Assembly: GCA_038087875.1 (NCBI GenBank)
Contig: CM075989.1
Coordinates: 20,648,001-20,712,000 of the forward strand
Direction: 5' to 3'
DNA from: Malacoraja senta
Lineage: Eukaryota
DNA length: 64,000 nt
Under the pieces are notes generated by a model. That model did no database searches. It worked only from the letters and a program-made list of their open reading frames with translations, and was not told where the DNA came from. Of this stretch, positions 25,648 through 39,265 are shown one piece after another. Position 1 is the stretch's first letter, and the number at the start of each line of letters is the position of its first letter. The position numbers were made by a program, and so were the translations under genes.

Positions 25648-26440
25648 TTTCATATGTTACTACTGATCCAGTAGGAAAGTATTCACAGATGCAATGTTTC
25701 CTGTTAAAGGACATACTCCTTTGTCTCTTCCTACATTGTTCTCCTTCGAATAACTCATACTTAACACTGCTTGGACACATCTGGCAACACTTATTCGATA
25801 GGTTTTATAGTTGTCCTTTCATGCTGTTCTTGATTTGAGATTCTTCTCAGCCAGAAATGCCCAGAGTTTTTCTGGGGAATTAGTTTTGCGCGGATCGTAG
25901 TGTGTGAGTTACTCTTATAACCTCCCAGCAGCTTGTGGGACACAACGACATGCTGAGCTCCTGTAAAGCACAGGAGAGGACAAGGGGATATCTCAGCCGA
26001 AGCTGAACACAGGAAATACATCAATTCAAACGCTGTCACCGAATGTGGAGGATATCCAGGGAACATGCAAAAGAAAAACAAGGAAGTGAAAACAGGACGT
26101 GCAATGATGAGCGACAGTTTGTCAAAGGGTTTGAAACTGAAATGAAGGAAGTAAACAGTACGTGTTGATCCTGTTTGAGTAAAAGACGCAAATCCATGGA
26201 GTAACTCATCTGGTCAGGCAGCATCTCTGGAGAACATGGATCAGTGATGTTTCGGGTCGGGACTCTTCTCCAGACTCCGGAACATCACCTACCCATGTTC
26301 TCCAGGGATGCCTGCACTTTTTTTTGTAAACCCGCATCTGCAATTCCTTGTTTCTACATGAAGATCCTGTATATAATCAGCAAGCACTTAAACTCAACTG
26401 GAAGTTAACCAGGTTTGGCCTCTGATGCGCAAGATACACT

Positions 26441-26826
26441 ATAGACAATAGACAATAGATGCAGTAGGCCATTCAGCCCTTCGAGCCAGCACTGCCATTC
26501 AATGTGATCATGGCTGATCATCCACAATCAGTACCCCGTTCCTGCCTTCTCCCCATATCCCCTGACTCCGCTGTCTTTAAGAGCCCTATCTAGCTCTCTC
26601 TTGAAAGCTCTCTCTGTGGCAGAGAATTTCAAAGACTCACAACTCTCTGTGAGAAAAAGTGTTTCCTCGTCTCCGTTCCAAATGGCTTACCCCTTATTCG
26701 TAATCTGTGGCCCCTGGTTCTGGACTCCCCCAACATCGGGAACATGTTCCTGCGTGTCCAAACCCTTAATAATCTTATATGTTTCAATAAGATATCCTCT
26801 CATCCTTCTAAACTCCAGAGTATACA
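26441..26826 (-). mobile_element. CR1 3' fragment
   Basis: (ATAGACA)n tail on + and reverse-complement CR1 RT C-terminus. A decayed + strand CR1 piece follows at about 26830-27050. Confidence 0.8.
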
Positions 26827-27729
26827 GTTCCTTGAGAATTGTGCCACAGGTAGACAAAGTGAAGGCTTGCTTGACTTCATCGGTCAGGGCATTGAGTATA
26901 AGACATTGAGGATGTCATGTTACAACTGTATAAGCTGTTGGTGAGACCACACTTCGAGTATTGTGTGCAGTTGTGGTTGACTAGCTATGGGAAGGATGTC
27001 ATTGAGCTGAAAAGCGTGCAGGAGAGTTTCACAAGGATGTTATCGCGACTGGATTGATTACGACATTTCACTGTGTATTGCAGGAGGCCTGAGGGGTAAG
27101 AAAAAGAATAGGCGATATTTTGGGTCAAATCCCAATTATGATGGGAGATACCGTGCCCATTTTCCTGACAAGCACAACTTCATCAGGAACTGGGCACCAG
27201 CACTACAAAATAAGTGCGAGATGATTTTTAGGTGTGATTTACACATCGCAGTAGACCCAGGTGTTTTTAGTTATCGGGCAGGGGTTCAAGGAAAGATCGT
27301 TCACGTCGCGGCCCTGTTTCCACCAACCTTTCCACCACCACGCACAAGAAGCGCAAGACAGACACCATTGTATGCGGGTGCCGAGAAGTGTGTTCAGCTC
27401 TGGCTGAACAATTTCTAATCTTGTGTGTGGACTCAACAAGAAGAAGTTTTCGGGCATAAGTTCCGTTTCAGACCGTGGAAACTAATGGGGTTGTGCCACA
27501 AGAGCTCTTGTCCAATGGAGAAGAAAACACTGTACTATGTGGAAGCAAACATGTTGAGAATTTGTCTGAATTGTTATTATGCATTTGGAAAATTAAATAG
27601 TTTCATTCTTGAACCACGGCATCTGCTGAGGAGGAGAGAACTGGTTACTACAATTTGGACCGGGGTATTATATGCTTGGCTCCACCCCAAATGCCCTGAC
27701 TGCCACTGATAGCTCAAGAGAGTGGAGAG

Positions 27730-28420
27730 TGGTTAATTGTCATGTAAACCATGATGGGAACAATGAAATTCTTACTTGCTGCAGCCTCACAGACACATTA
27801 AACGCAACACGACACGACAAATAGATGTACAATGGTTTGTCCGTTATTCTAGGTGAGGTCGGGTTTTGGTTTGGGTTGTGCAGGTTGACTCAAGAACTTG
27901 ATAGTTGATGGGAAGAAGCTGTTGTTGAATCAGTTGTGGAAGGGATTCCATGCCAGTGGGCCACATGAATGGCAAGGGTGGGGGATAAATTTGTGTAAAC
28001 AGTATTGAATGTATGTATAGCCGAGAATGTTGGGTGGATTTTTTGCACGGTTCCTATATTGTATATATTTATTACTTGAATAATGTCTTCTTTTTTTAAT
28101 CAGAATTTTCTAACGGTTCTTAGGCTCTGATGTTAGCAGTGAGGCAATAGTGTGGGCAGGGTGGTGTGTGTCTTTGATATTAGCTGCCAGCTTTGTTCCT
28201 GTTCCTGTTTCCTGTACATCCCTTCAATGGTGGGGAGGTTGTTGCCAGGCAAAGTCCACCACTTTTTCTAGTCTGTGTCATTCCTGAGCATTCAAATTAC
28301 CGCCCCAGGCTGTGATGCAACCAGTCTGCATGGTCTCCACGTATACCTGTAGAAGTTCAATAGAGTATTTAGTGAAATGCCAAATCTTCTTAGACCTCTG
28401 AGGAAATAGAGGCACGGGTG
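27730..28420 (-). mobile_element. Old degraded Rex1/Babar-like fragment
   Basis: Patchy similarity to 42211-42810 (cctgtagaagtt..., ctgaggaaatagaggc, gggaagaagctgtt). Confidence 0.55.
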
Positions 28421-28535
28421 TCAGAGGTTATGGGGAGAAGGCAGGGGAATGGGGTTAGCAGGGAGTTGGTGGCATTTTGTCCATATGATTTGGCACATTT
28501 GGATCTTTCCACTAGTGGGAGAGTCTAGGACCAGG

Positions 28536-28735
28536 NNNNNNNNNNNNNNNNNNNNNNNNNNNNNNNNNNNNNNNNNNNNNNNNNNNNNNNNNNNNNNNNN
28601 NNNNNNNNNNNNNNNNNNNNNNNNNNNNNNNNNNNNNNNNNNNNNNNNNNNNNNNNNNNNNNNNNNNNNNNNNNNNNNNNNNNNNNNNNNNNNNNNNNNN
28701 NNNNNNNNNNNNNNNNNNNNNNNNNNNNNNNNNNN
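28536..28735. other. Assembly gap (200 N)
   Basis: Run of N; the left side ends within a CR1 fragment. Confidence 1.
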
Positions 28736-29018
28736 ACTTTGCTTGTTTGTGGGATCTTGTGTGTAATTTGGCTGTCACCTTCCCTACAACAGTGTCTACA
28801 GTTCAGAATGTCTTTATCGACTGTATATTTTTCTGGTGATGAGAGGTACTAAATACATTTTTATCTATTCTTTACGCTAAAAATTGATTCACATTTCACC
28901 CCAGAGCTTTATTTACCCTTATTCTGAAGATCAAGATTACACATCAATGTACATCAACCTTGCTAGCAAGCTTTATGCCCCATAACACTAAAATTAAATT
29001 TATAATGTAAACAGGATA

Positions 29019-29484
29019 ATAATAATAATAATAGATTCATTTTATATAGCGCTTTTCAGGACTCAAAGTCGCTTTACATTGAGAGTCAGGAATAAACAAA
29101 ACAAAATAGAGCAGTAAGACAGAGGGGAGGGGAACATGGGACTAAGGGTATGCAGAGGTGAAGAGATGGGTCTTGAGGCGGGACTGGAAGATGGTGAGGG
29201 ACTCAGAATTTCGGACCGGTTGTGGGAGGGAATTCCAGAGCCTGGGAGCTGCCCTGGAGAAGGCTCTGCCTCCAAAAGTGCAGAGGTTTGAATTCGGAGT
29301 GGAGAGGAGACCAGCTGATGTGGATCTGAGGGACCGTGAGGGTTGGTAGGGGGAGAGGAGGTCAATGAGATAAGGGGGGGCCAGGTTGTTGAGGGCTTTG
29401 TAGGTGAGGACCAGGATTTTGTAGGTGATCCGGTGGGAAATGGGAAGCCAGTGAAGTTCTTTGAGAACTGGGGTGATGTGGTGC
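29019..29484 (-). mobile_element. L2-clade LINE 3' fragment
   Basis: Minus frame reads HITPVLKELHWLPISHRITYKILVLTYKALNNLAPPYL...RAFSRAAPRLWNSLP, with a (TAT)n tail. Candidate TSD CAGGATA at 29012-29018 and 29485-29491. Confidence 0.9.
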
Positions 29485-29593
29485 CAGGATACAAGTCATT
29501 CTTGATTGGGTTTACTGTTCATTCATTCTCTATTACATTTTTTATTGCAAGGAACGCTTTGCGACTGAATAAATACATCGCAGTAAATAATAT

Positions 29594-29768
29594 TTAAGAA
29601 GGAACTGCAGATGCTGGAAAAATCGAAGGTAGACAAAAATGCTGGAGAAACTCAGCGGGTGAGGCAGCATCTACCCCAAGGGTCTCGACCCGAAACGTCA
29701 CCCATTCCTTCGCTCCACAGATGCTGCCTCACCCGCTGAGTTTCTCCAGCATTGTTGTCTACCTACAA
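29594..29768. mobile_element. Fold-back element (centre deleted) with TSD
   Basis: TAAATAATAT duplicated at 29584-29593 and 29769-29778. Confidence 0.8.
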
Positions 29769-29816
29769 TAAATAATATGAAGTCTTTTCCTCAAACACTC
29801 AGCAACATTTGCTTTA

Positions 29817-30125
29817 AGGGCCTGTCCCACTGTACGAAGTAATTCAAGAGTTCTCCCGAGTTTCCCCTGATTCGAACTCGGAGAATTACGGTCATAGCCG
29901 CTCCTAGGTACTCGGGGCTCTCGTGGACATTTTTCAACATGTTGAAAAATCTTCACGAGTCTTTACTGCGTTTCCCGAGTACCCGCCGTTAGCGTTACGA
30001 GCCGCTAAGAAACGTCCCAAGCTCCGACGTACCCGCTACGTACATTCTACGTGCTTACCACGAGCTTGATTTTTTTTTAAACTCGGGAGAGCTCTTGAAT
30101 TACCTCGTACAGTGGGACAGCCCCT
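29817..30125. mobile_element. PIF/Harbinger-type MITE family A, second copy
   Basis: AGGGCCTGTCCCACTGTACG...CGTACAGTGGGACAGCCCCT with TTA TSD. Internal sequence matches 5992-6309. Confidence 0.88.
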
Positions 30126-30204
30126 TTACTCAAATGATGGTTTCAAATTGGAGTTGGGGAAGAGGAAGCCTTGTATTAATGGCAGAACCAGTAACGTAAA
30201 TGCT

Positions 30205-30435
30205 GAAGATAGCCCCAAAAAGCTGGAGTAACTCAGCGGGACAGGTAGCATCTCTGGAGAGAAGGAACGGGTGACGTTTCGGGTCGAGCCCCTTCTTCAG
30301 ACTGATGGTCAGGGGAGAGGGAAACGGGATATAGAAGGGTACAAAGAACTGTGTAAGGTGTGAAAAGAACAGATCAAAGCAGACAGTGATCAAGGAAATA
30401 TACAATGGTTCATTGTTGGATGAGAAGGAGGTAAT
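30205..30435 (-). mobile_element. Penelope-like element 3' end
   Basis: Terminal repeat with an intact motif at 30273-30300 on the minus strand, plus upstream 3' region. Confidence 0.72.
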
Positions 30436-31159
30436 ACATATGCTGAGCAGATCCTCTAAACATCTAACAGGCATTTGGGACTATGTCATCATAGCATTTG
30501 GTTCCGGGTACACAATAACCTGCCAACTAACTGTGCCTGTTGTATGTTGTGTGAAGTAGAACAGCAGGTGCACATTAAGGATGAATCCTGGCACTGGGAG
30601 CCCAGTGAGGTCCTGATGGATCATCAGCTGTTGTTTTTACCTCCATGATGAATGGGGGAGGCGGGATTTGCAAAGGCTCAGTGTGCCATCATAGAGGTGC
30701 GTTTCACATTTCTGGCATGCGTCTGGCTGCTGCCAGTGATGTTGGGAGATAGAACTTGGGTCAAATGCCCATTGTTTAAAGGGGAAGAATGTTGAGTAAT
30801 TGAACAGGGAGCAGAACAGCACAGGTACAGGCCCTTCAGCCCTCAATGCCCATGTGGTCAACATGTGGCCAAGTTAAACTAATCTCTGAAGACAGACAAA
30901 AAAGCTGGAGTAACTCAGCGGGACAGGCAGCATCTCTGGAGAGAAGGAATGGGTGACGTTTCAGGTCGAGACCCTTCTTCAGACTTAGTGTCTATCTTCG
31001 GTTTAAACCAGCATCTGCAGTTCCTTCCTGCGCATTAAACTAATCCCCTCAGCCTGGACATGATCCATATCCCTCCCATTCCCTGCATAGCGTGTACCTA
31101 TCTATTAGCCTCTTAAATGCCACTATCATATCTGCCTCCACCACCATCCTGGCAGTGCG

Positions 31160-31530
31160 TAAGTTCATAAGTGATAGGAGAAGAATTAGGCCATTCGGCC
31201 CATCAAGTCTACTCTGCCATTCAATCGTGGCTGATCTATCTTTCCCTCTCAACCCCATTCTCCTGCCTTCTCCGCATAACCCCTTCTCCGCATAACCCTT
31301 ACTAATCAAGAATCGATCTATCTCTGCCTTAAAAATCTCCATTGACTTGGCCTCCACAGCCTTCTGTGGCAATGAATTCCACAGATTCACCACCCTCTGA
31401 CTGAAGAAATTCCTCCTCATCTCCTTTCTAAAGGAACATCCTTTAATTCTGAGGCTATGGCTTCTGGTTCTAGACTCTCCCACTAGTGGAAACATCCTCT
31501 CCACATCCGCTCTATCCAAGCCTTTCACTA
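31160..31530 (-). mobile_element. CR1 3' fragment
   Basis: ORF 31049-31540 reads GLDRADVERMFPLVGESRTRSHSLRI...FFSQRVVNLWNSLP. Confidence 0.87.
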
Positions 31531-31555
31531 TTCGAGGCATTCCAGGAACCCACGC

Positions 31556-31558
31556 GCG

Positions 31559-31639
<81 letters not shown>
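31556..31639. repeat. (GT)n microsatellite
   Basis: About 40 GT units, read directly. Confidence 0.97.
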
Positions 31640-31644
<5 letters not shown>

Positions 31645-31889
31645 AAAAGAATACCCTGTGCTTCTCCCTTGAACTCTGCGCCCCCCCCCCCCCACCTTAA
31701 AGCTACGCCTTTTAATCTTTGACATTTGTTTCTGGGGGGGTTCTTGGTTTCACTGGTTCTTTATGTATGCACAACACAGTTAAATTCTTTGAACAGCTGA
31801 CAAATGTACAGTCGCCATATTTTTTATATTTAGATATTTTCGTACACTGAAGAACGTACATTTCTATAAAGTCCATGCTCATGCTCAGA

Positions 31890-32355
31890 GAAGATTTATG
31901 AGGATGTTGCCAGGTCTCGAGGGCCTGAGCTATAGGGGGGGGGGGGGGGTTGAGCAGGCTACAACTCTATTCTTTGGAGCGCAGGAGGATGAATGGTGAT
32001 CTTATAGAGGTGTACAAAATCACGAGAGGAATAGACATGCAGAGTTTCTTGCCCAGAGTAGGGAATCGAGAACCAGAGGACATATGTTTAAGGTGAGGGG
32101 GGGGGGGGAAAGATTTAGCAGGAACCTGAGGGGGAACTTTTTCACGTAAAGGGTGGTGGGTGTATGGAACGAGCTGCCGGAGGACGTAGTTGAGGCAGGG
32201 ACTATCACAACGAATAGACAGGTACATGGATAGGACAGGTTTAGAGGGATGTGGGGCAAACGCAGGCAGCTGGGACTAGTGTAGATGGGACGTGTTGGCC
32301 GGTGTGGGCAAGTTAGGCCGAAGGGCCTGTTTCCACGCTGTAAGATTCTATGACT
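31890..32355 (+). mobile_element. CR1 3' fragment with SINE-shared tail
   Basis: Decayed RT C-terminus ending in ggccgaagggcctgtttccacgctgta, which matches the SINE 3' end. Confidence 0.85.
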
Positions 32356-32775
32356 CTTAAGTGGCCATTTATCTTGGTAAAGTTTCCCCTTGCAGTTTTC
32401 ACGGGAGAGTGATGCTGCCATGTCATAGCCCGGGTCCCATTACACCCGGACCTTGCGGCTGGTTTGAAAGCGCGCTGATAGATGAAACGTCTGCAGTGAG
32501 ATCGGCAACAGAAATCCGAGAAGTGAGCCATTGGTACTGTTTGAAAAGAGCATGTCACTGGATCAACTTACCCGGTTTTGCTTACTTGCAGAATAGTATA
32601 TTTTTCGTAACCTGCGTAATGAAAACATCAATCATTTTCCCCTCTGCTACCACAGTTCCTCCATCACATTCTACTTCTGCAGTAGTTAAGCTGCTGCAAG
32701 TAAGAATTTCATTGTTCCATCATCAGTCCATTAAACACACTTGATGCTTGACTCAGCCAAACTACTACTTTCAAT

Positions 32776-32985
32776 GTGTAGGAAGGAACTGCAGATGCTG
32801 GTTTAAATCGACGGTAGAAACAAAATGCTGGAGTAACTCAGCGGGTCAGGCAGCATCTCTGTAGAGAAGGAATGGGTGACGTTTCAGAGCTGAAGAAGGG
32901 TCTCGACCCGGAACGTCGCCCATTCCTTCCCTCCAGAGATACTGCCTGACCCACTGAGTTACTCCAGCATTTTGTGCCTACCAAC
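32776..32985. mobile_element. Fold-back hammerhead-motif element (similar copies at about 12121-12285, 35187-35400 and 56700-56890)
   Basis: Inverted copies of the gctggagtaactcagcggg...gacgtttc arm. Confidence 0.8.
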
Positions 32986-33154
32986 TCCTTTCAATGTTGG
33001 AAGAAGGGGCCAGACCCGAAACATCACCTATCCATGTTCTCCAGAGATGCTGCACGACCCGTTGAGTTACTCCAGCACTTTGTGTTTTTCTTTGGTTAAA
33101 CCAGCATCTGCAGTTCCCTGTTATTACTACTTTTATACTGATCTGGCCAACGTC

Positions 33155-33247
33155 AACTTCCACCCTGTCCTCAAATTCCCTTGGACTTTCTCTGACACCT
33201 ATCTCGTCTTTCTTGATCTCTCTGCCTCCATCACCGGGGACAGACTA
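33155..33247 (+). mobile_element. Penelope-like reverse transcriptase fragment
   Basis: NFHPVLKFPWTFSDTYLVFLDLSASITGDRL resembles the PLE RT motif N.HP.LKFT......LPFLD. Confidence 0.7.
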
Positions 33248-36200
33248 TGTATTGATGGAGAGTGCGAAGAAGAGTCTTGACCCTAAAGGTTACCTGTCCA
33301 CTCCTTCCACAGACTTGCTGAGTTCCTCCAGTGTGGGCCTGATCATAGCATACCTTGGGTCAAGCAACTAATGGTGGGGGACAGAAAGAGATGAGATATG
33401 TGATGGAGATGGGCATTGGATATTTAAGAGTCAGGTTTGTTGGACAGTGAGAAACTCAGATTCCCTGGTAGGATGAAGACCTTTAACTCTCAGGCACTAA
33501 CCAACATTGGTGATATTGTCAGTTTTATCTACATGGTATTTCATTGTGCATGTGGCATTAGGGTGACATAGAGGTGCAGCAGTAGAGTTGCTGCCTCACA
33601 GCGCCAGAGACCCATGTTTGACCCTGACTATGGGCGATGTCTGAGTGGAGTTTGTACTTTCTCCCTGTGACCGCCCCGGGTGCTCCGGTTTCCTCCCACG
33701 CTCCAAAGACACACACGTTTGTCGGTTAATTGGCTTTGGTAAAATTGTCCCTAGTGTGTGTAGGATAGTGCTCGTGTACTGGGTGATCGTTGGTCGGCAT
33801 GGATTCGGTGGGACGAAGGGCCTGTTTCGGCGCTGTATCTCTAGAGTCTCAACTGGTGTTATGTTCTCTTAAAACCACTTCCCCCAATGGCAGAAATCTG
33901 CAGCTACAGTTGTAAATGGTTCTCTGGAGAAAGCTTTGGGCAATCTGCTGTAGAACGTTACTTTGGGTTAATTTAATCCCTGGATCAGTACACTCCATAG
34001 AATGGCTTGCAAATAACATTGTCATCCGTCCAATTAATTCTTGTTACAACGAGAGTATTAGAAAACAAAAATGTTGCTTGGCAGATTGGACATATCTCTG
34101 ACATTTTTGTTAAATGGTTTTATAGCAAGTTATTTTAAACTTATAAGGCTGTCGAACAACTGCAATGGAATCGGTTTATAGTGGAAACAGGACTAGTGTT
34201 AATATGAAGAGATGTACACAATGTATGCTGTCAATAAATTAAGGACCAAGATAATACAACACAATAGACAGATTTGTTTAGATCTCCTGGCATCAATCAT
34301 CATTTCAAGGGACTGGCAGAAATAGAGGAACATTTGCAAGGCAGACGATTCTCCTTACTGGAGCTGCATGTAAGGCAAAGGGCTTGCAAGAGAAGCCAGC
34401 ATTAAGTGCAGGGTAGTTGCAGGAGTACTTGTTGATTAGTGCAGATTGTCAGGGGTTATGGGGAGAAGGCAGGAGAATGGGGTTGAGAGGGAAAGATAGA
34501 TCAGCTATGATTGAATGGCGGGGTAGTCTTGATGGGCCGAATGGCCTAATTCTGCTCCTATCACTTATGAACTTAGGGCATTTAGGATTTACTGAAGCTC
34601 ACTTTCTTGTTTTGAAACTGATATGCATTCCTCGGACTCAATGTGGATATAATTGTAATATCCAACTGACACAAGCAGCGAATAGAATTTTGTGCTTTCA
34701 TTCGAATTACAGAATATATGTTATCATTGTTTTTGGACCAGATTAATTCAAAAGGAAGCCTTAAAGATATTTCTCAGAGATCTGAGTGTTCTTAGAGTAG
34801 GAAAGGTTTAGAGGGATGCGAGCCCAAACGCGGGCAGGTGGGACTCACGTAGATGGGTTGGCATGGGTATGCTGGGCCAAAGGGCCATATTTCCGTGTTC
34901 TATGCCGTTCTATGTCTGTGTTCTATGACTCAGCAAGTTCTATGACTCTGACTCATCTATATTCACGCTTCACGTCTGAATTTCCCAGCCTTAACTATAC
35001 AGAAGAATTTTCATGGCTGGATGTTTGTAATTTTGCAACAGGCACACACTTGCACGATTCCAGATAAATTATACTCCTTGTGTTTGCACCATCACCTATA
35101 ACGTGAGCGATACATTTGAAAATAGCATGTTCTAATACGATGATCTTCCATTGTGCTCTTTAATGGAAACAAGTTGCATTTAAGTAGGTAGACACAAAAT
35201 GCTGGAGTAACTCAGCGGGTGAGGCAGCATCTCTGGAGATAAGCAATGGCCAATGTTTTGGGTCAAGACCTTTCTTCAGAACGGTCTCGACTCGAAACAA
35301 CACCCATTCCTTCTCTCCAGAGATGCTGCCTCACCCGCTGAGTTACTCCAGCATTTTGTGTCTACCCTCGATTTAAACCAGCATCTGCAGTTCTTTCTTA
35401 CGCTCTTTGCATTTAAGTGGGAAGGCCACACAAGATATCGCTGAGGTGTCTGGATATAAACCTTTAATTTCCATGATCCATTAACTCCCTGTAAACTCTC
35501 TGCCGGCAAACTAAAAGATTTATGGGGTAAACATTGAATAATATAACTAACCAGCCATAGAAAATATACTCCAATCCCTCTGATCGCCAGCTACGAAAAG
35601 ATCAATAAATGTTCTACTAATTGGTTTTGATGTTCCTTATTGCTGTTTTATTCATGATGTATTGAAAATTGTTTGACTGTCCAGAATCCTAATTAATGAA
35701 TCTTGAAAGGGCTAAATCTTTTTCCTGTATCTCCATTGACTTCTGTGTCATGTGGAAACCATTGGCCACAGAATGCCATCTGCCATTCACTAAAGCAGCC
35801 AGCTCCCTGTTTGCTAAGGTCCATGTGATTCTCGGGTACCTGTTACTACTCTCTTGCCCCCAAACCCTTCCTGATATTGTCATGTTACTGCCTGCATTAT
35901 CTGTCAACTGGTGGTCAACTCTTGGAACAGGCCTGAGACACAAGGAACTGCAGATGCTGGACTCATGAGCAAAACACAAAAGTGCTGGAGGAACTGAGCG
36001 GGTCAGGCATCATCTGCGGTGGGAATGATTAGGTAATGTTTCAGGTGGGGCATCTTCTTTGGATCTTTCTGAAGAAGGGTCTTGACCTGAAATAGTGCCC
36101 ATCCATTCCTTCCACAGAGACTGCCTGACCTGCAGTCTTGCATTTTATGTTTTGCTCCCAACTCCTTGTCGAGGGCTGCCTATGATCACCAGTTCATTCC

Positions 36201-38651
36201 TCTACCTCCAGCACCAACCTAGTGCCTACTTTCTGGTCAGGCCATCCATATGCGGCATTGAATGCTTTCACCGCTCTAATCTGTACTTTTCTAACTTTCG
36301 GCAGCAAAGTATCATTGAATCATTCCCAAATCTGCTGTTTTCCGGCCATGAAGCCTATTCACTGCTATTTTTTTACCCGGATTTTATTCCAGCCCTCTTT
36401 TAAAATTAAATCAGGATGAAATATGTGTTGGTAATGTTTGTGACGCCTGCCCAAGAATTTCCACAGCAGTCTCAGAATCATGGCACAGAAACAGGCCCTT
36501 CAGCCCACCTTGTCCATACTAGACTAGTCCTATTTGGTCCATAGCCTCCTAAATCCTTCCTTTCCATATATATTAGTCCAGACGTTTCTTTTTAGAATCA
36601 TAAAGGACTCTGAGAACAAGCTAATTTAAAAAAACCTGCTTACTTTAAAAATCATTGATGATCCATAGAGGTACATCTGTGTTTATTTTTATCTTGTTCA
36701 ATGAATAATTCACGAGATAATTATCTGCTCGGGTTGCAGCTCATTCTCAGTTATAATCTCATCATAATTAAAACTTTAGTTTTCTTCTTTACTAGCTCAC
36801 TTTAGTTTGTTTGCACAGGAAGGTTATTACATGAACCTAGAACATGGAACAGTACAGCACATGTACAGGCCCTTTGGCCCACAACGCCCGTGCTGAACGT
36901 GATGCGGCAAGGTGGCGCAGCGGTAGAGTTGCTGCCTCACAGCGCCAGAGACCCGGGTTCGATCCCGACTACAGGTGCTGTCTGTATAGAGTTTGTATGT
37001 TCTCCCCGTGACCGCGTGAGTTTTCTCCGCGATCTTCAGTCTCCCCCCACTCTCCAAAGACGTACGTACGGGTTTGTAGGTTTATTGGCTTGGAATAAAT
37101 GTCAATTGTCCCTAGTGTGTGCAGGATAGTGTTAATGTGCGGGGGTTGCTGGTCGGTACGGATTCAGTGGGCCGAAGGGCCTGTTTCAGCGCTGTATCTC
37201 TTAACATAACAATAAACAAGATAAATTAATCTCCTCTGCATACACATGATCCATGTCCTTCCATCCCCAGCATTTCTCTGCCTCTGTCCAAAAGTCTCTG
37301 AAATGTCACCATCGTATCTGCCTCCACCACCACCCCTGACAGCGTGTTCCCAACACCCACTACTCTCTATGTTAAAAAAAAAACATGCCCCGCAAATGTT
37401 TACATTTTGCCCCTCTCACCAACTTCCAAAACTAACAGGGTTAAACCGCTGCACCTTAAATGTACTTTATTATTTGTTTCTTAATCAATCGATGAAATAA
37501 TTATTGCTTTTAAAAAAAAGTCTTGGCAGGTGAAGATTGATATCAACAGTGGCGCTTAACTTAAATTACAAAATAAATTTAGCAGAGGTCTCTTAGAATC
37601 TTGAACACGTTTCTATATATATTTGGCAGTCTGATCCATCAAAATTAATCCATTTGTTCATTAGCTTAACTTTGTAGAAATAATCTAACAAGGCATTGTG
37701 TTCACTGGAACTTGTGCAATTTAAAATTACTCACAAGGACCTTGTATCAGTTTATGCTGCATGGTTAATGTGAAATGCAATGCTTTGATCGACTTGGAAC
37801 CTGTTGTTTTATCTCAGTTGTGGCATTGAATAGTGTGTGCAGTAGTTAATGGTGGGCACAGTGGCACAGTTGCTACCTCACAGCTCCAGAGATCCATGTT
37901 CCATCCTGACCTCTGGTGCTGTCTGTTTTGGAATTTGCGCACTCTCCCTGGTGTGTGGGTTTGTAGATGAAATGGCCTCTGTAAATTGCTCCTAGTGTGT
38001 AGGGGGTGATGGAAAAGTGGGGTGACATGGAACTCGTGTGAAAGGGTAATCATTGTTCGGCGTGGACTCCGTGGCCCCAAGGACCCAATTCTGTGCTTTA
38101 TCCCTAAACTAAAACAATGGGATAAATGGTACGTTATTGTCACATGTACCTCGGTACAGTGAAGTTCCTTTTTTTGCATACAGTTCTGTAAAAATCTTAA
38201 TATCCATAGGCATGATCATACTTGAGTACAAGAGTGTTAGAGTAGTAGATTACACTGAGGCAGTACGCAACAGTCGCGGTGTTTTAGCACCAACTTGTAT
38301 CCTTCAAGTTCAAAGCTATTAAAAACGTGGAGTCTTAACTTGGCCATAAAGGCCCATTGTCTGTATCAAGGAGATCCTTGCTATAGCATGGATAGACAAA
38401 TTCTACATTAGAACAGGGTGTCAAGAGTTATGGGGAGAAGGCAGGAAAATGGGATTAGGAGGCAGAGATCAGCCACGATCGAACGGCAGAGTAGATTCGA
38501 TGGGCCGAATGGCCTAATTCTACTCCTATAACTTGTGAACATGTGAAGAATGAAATGAATTAGAACGATTGACAAACTGGGTTGCAAATGTCATTAGAAA
38601 CAAATTTGCGAATGCATTTTTTAAAAAACAATTCTTCCAAATTGATTCCAG

Positions 38652-38821
38652 GAAATGGTTTTGTGAACCCCCGAGGTTCTCCTGGACTGCTCTGCTCAAC
38701 TGGCAAAGTCATGCCCACAAAGTCCCCACCCCCTCCTGGTGGCAACATCGCAATGAACAATCGCAAGCCTGACCTTCGTGTGGTGATCCCACCGCCCAGC
38801 AAGGGCATGATGCCACCTCTG
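38652..38821 (+). CDS. MEF2A: MEF2A internal coding exon (transactivation region)
   Basis: Acceptor attccAG ends 38651 and donor GTGAGT starts 38822. The phase-1 read [57 protein letters not shown] matches the MEF2A motifs [11 protein letters not shown] and [11 protein letters not shown]. Confidence 0.96.
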
Positions 38822-38949
38822 GTGAGTCCTTCATGTAACAATGTAGCCTGGACTAGATCAATGGGAGCTTCACCGTGTCGACATAACTCTGTTTTAGTCA
38901 ACAATCGTAGACACTGTTAGCAGGGACCTTCTACAGAAAGTAGCACTGG

Positions 38950-39265
38950 ATAGAGTGGATGTGGAGAGTCTAGGGCCAGAGGTCATAGCCTCAGAAATAA
39001 AGGATGTTCCTTTAGGAAGGAATTTCTTTAGTCAGAGGGTGGTGAATCTATGGAATTCATTGCCACGGAAGGCTGTGGAGGCCAAGTCAATGGATATTTT
39101 TAAGGCAGAGATAGATAGATTCTTGATTAGTACAGGTTTCAGGGGTTATGGGGAGAAGGCAGGAGAATGGGGTTGAGAGTGAAAGATAGATCAGCCATCA
39201 TTGAATGTTGGAGTTGACTTGATGGGCTAAATGGCTAATTCTGCTCCTATCATTTATGAACATGA
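38950..39265 (+). mobile_element. CR1 3' fragment
   Basis: NFFSQRVVNLWNSLPRKAVEAKS...GYGEKAGEWG plus CR1 3' UTR. Confidence 0.85.

Noticed and set aside
28449..28778. ORFs spanning the N run
   Set aside because: Artefacts of the assembly gap.
30568..30610. Possible missing short MEF2A exon (NPGTGSPV resembles GAGSSPV)
   Set aside because: The required phase hits a stop, there is no good pyrimidine tract or donor, and the similarity is too short.
32396..32522. Exon-like segment (ccccttgcAG ... GTGAGC)
   Set aside because: The only open frame is not MEF2-like and is out of phase with the host intron, and the donor is weak.
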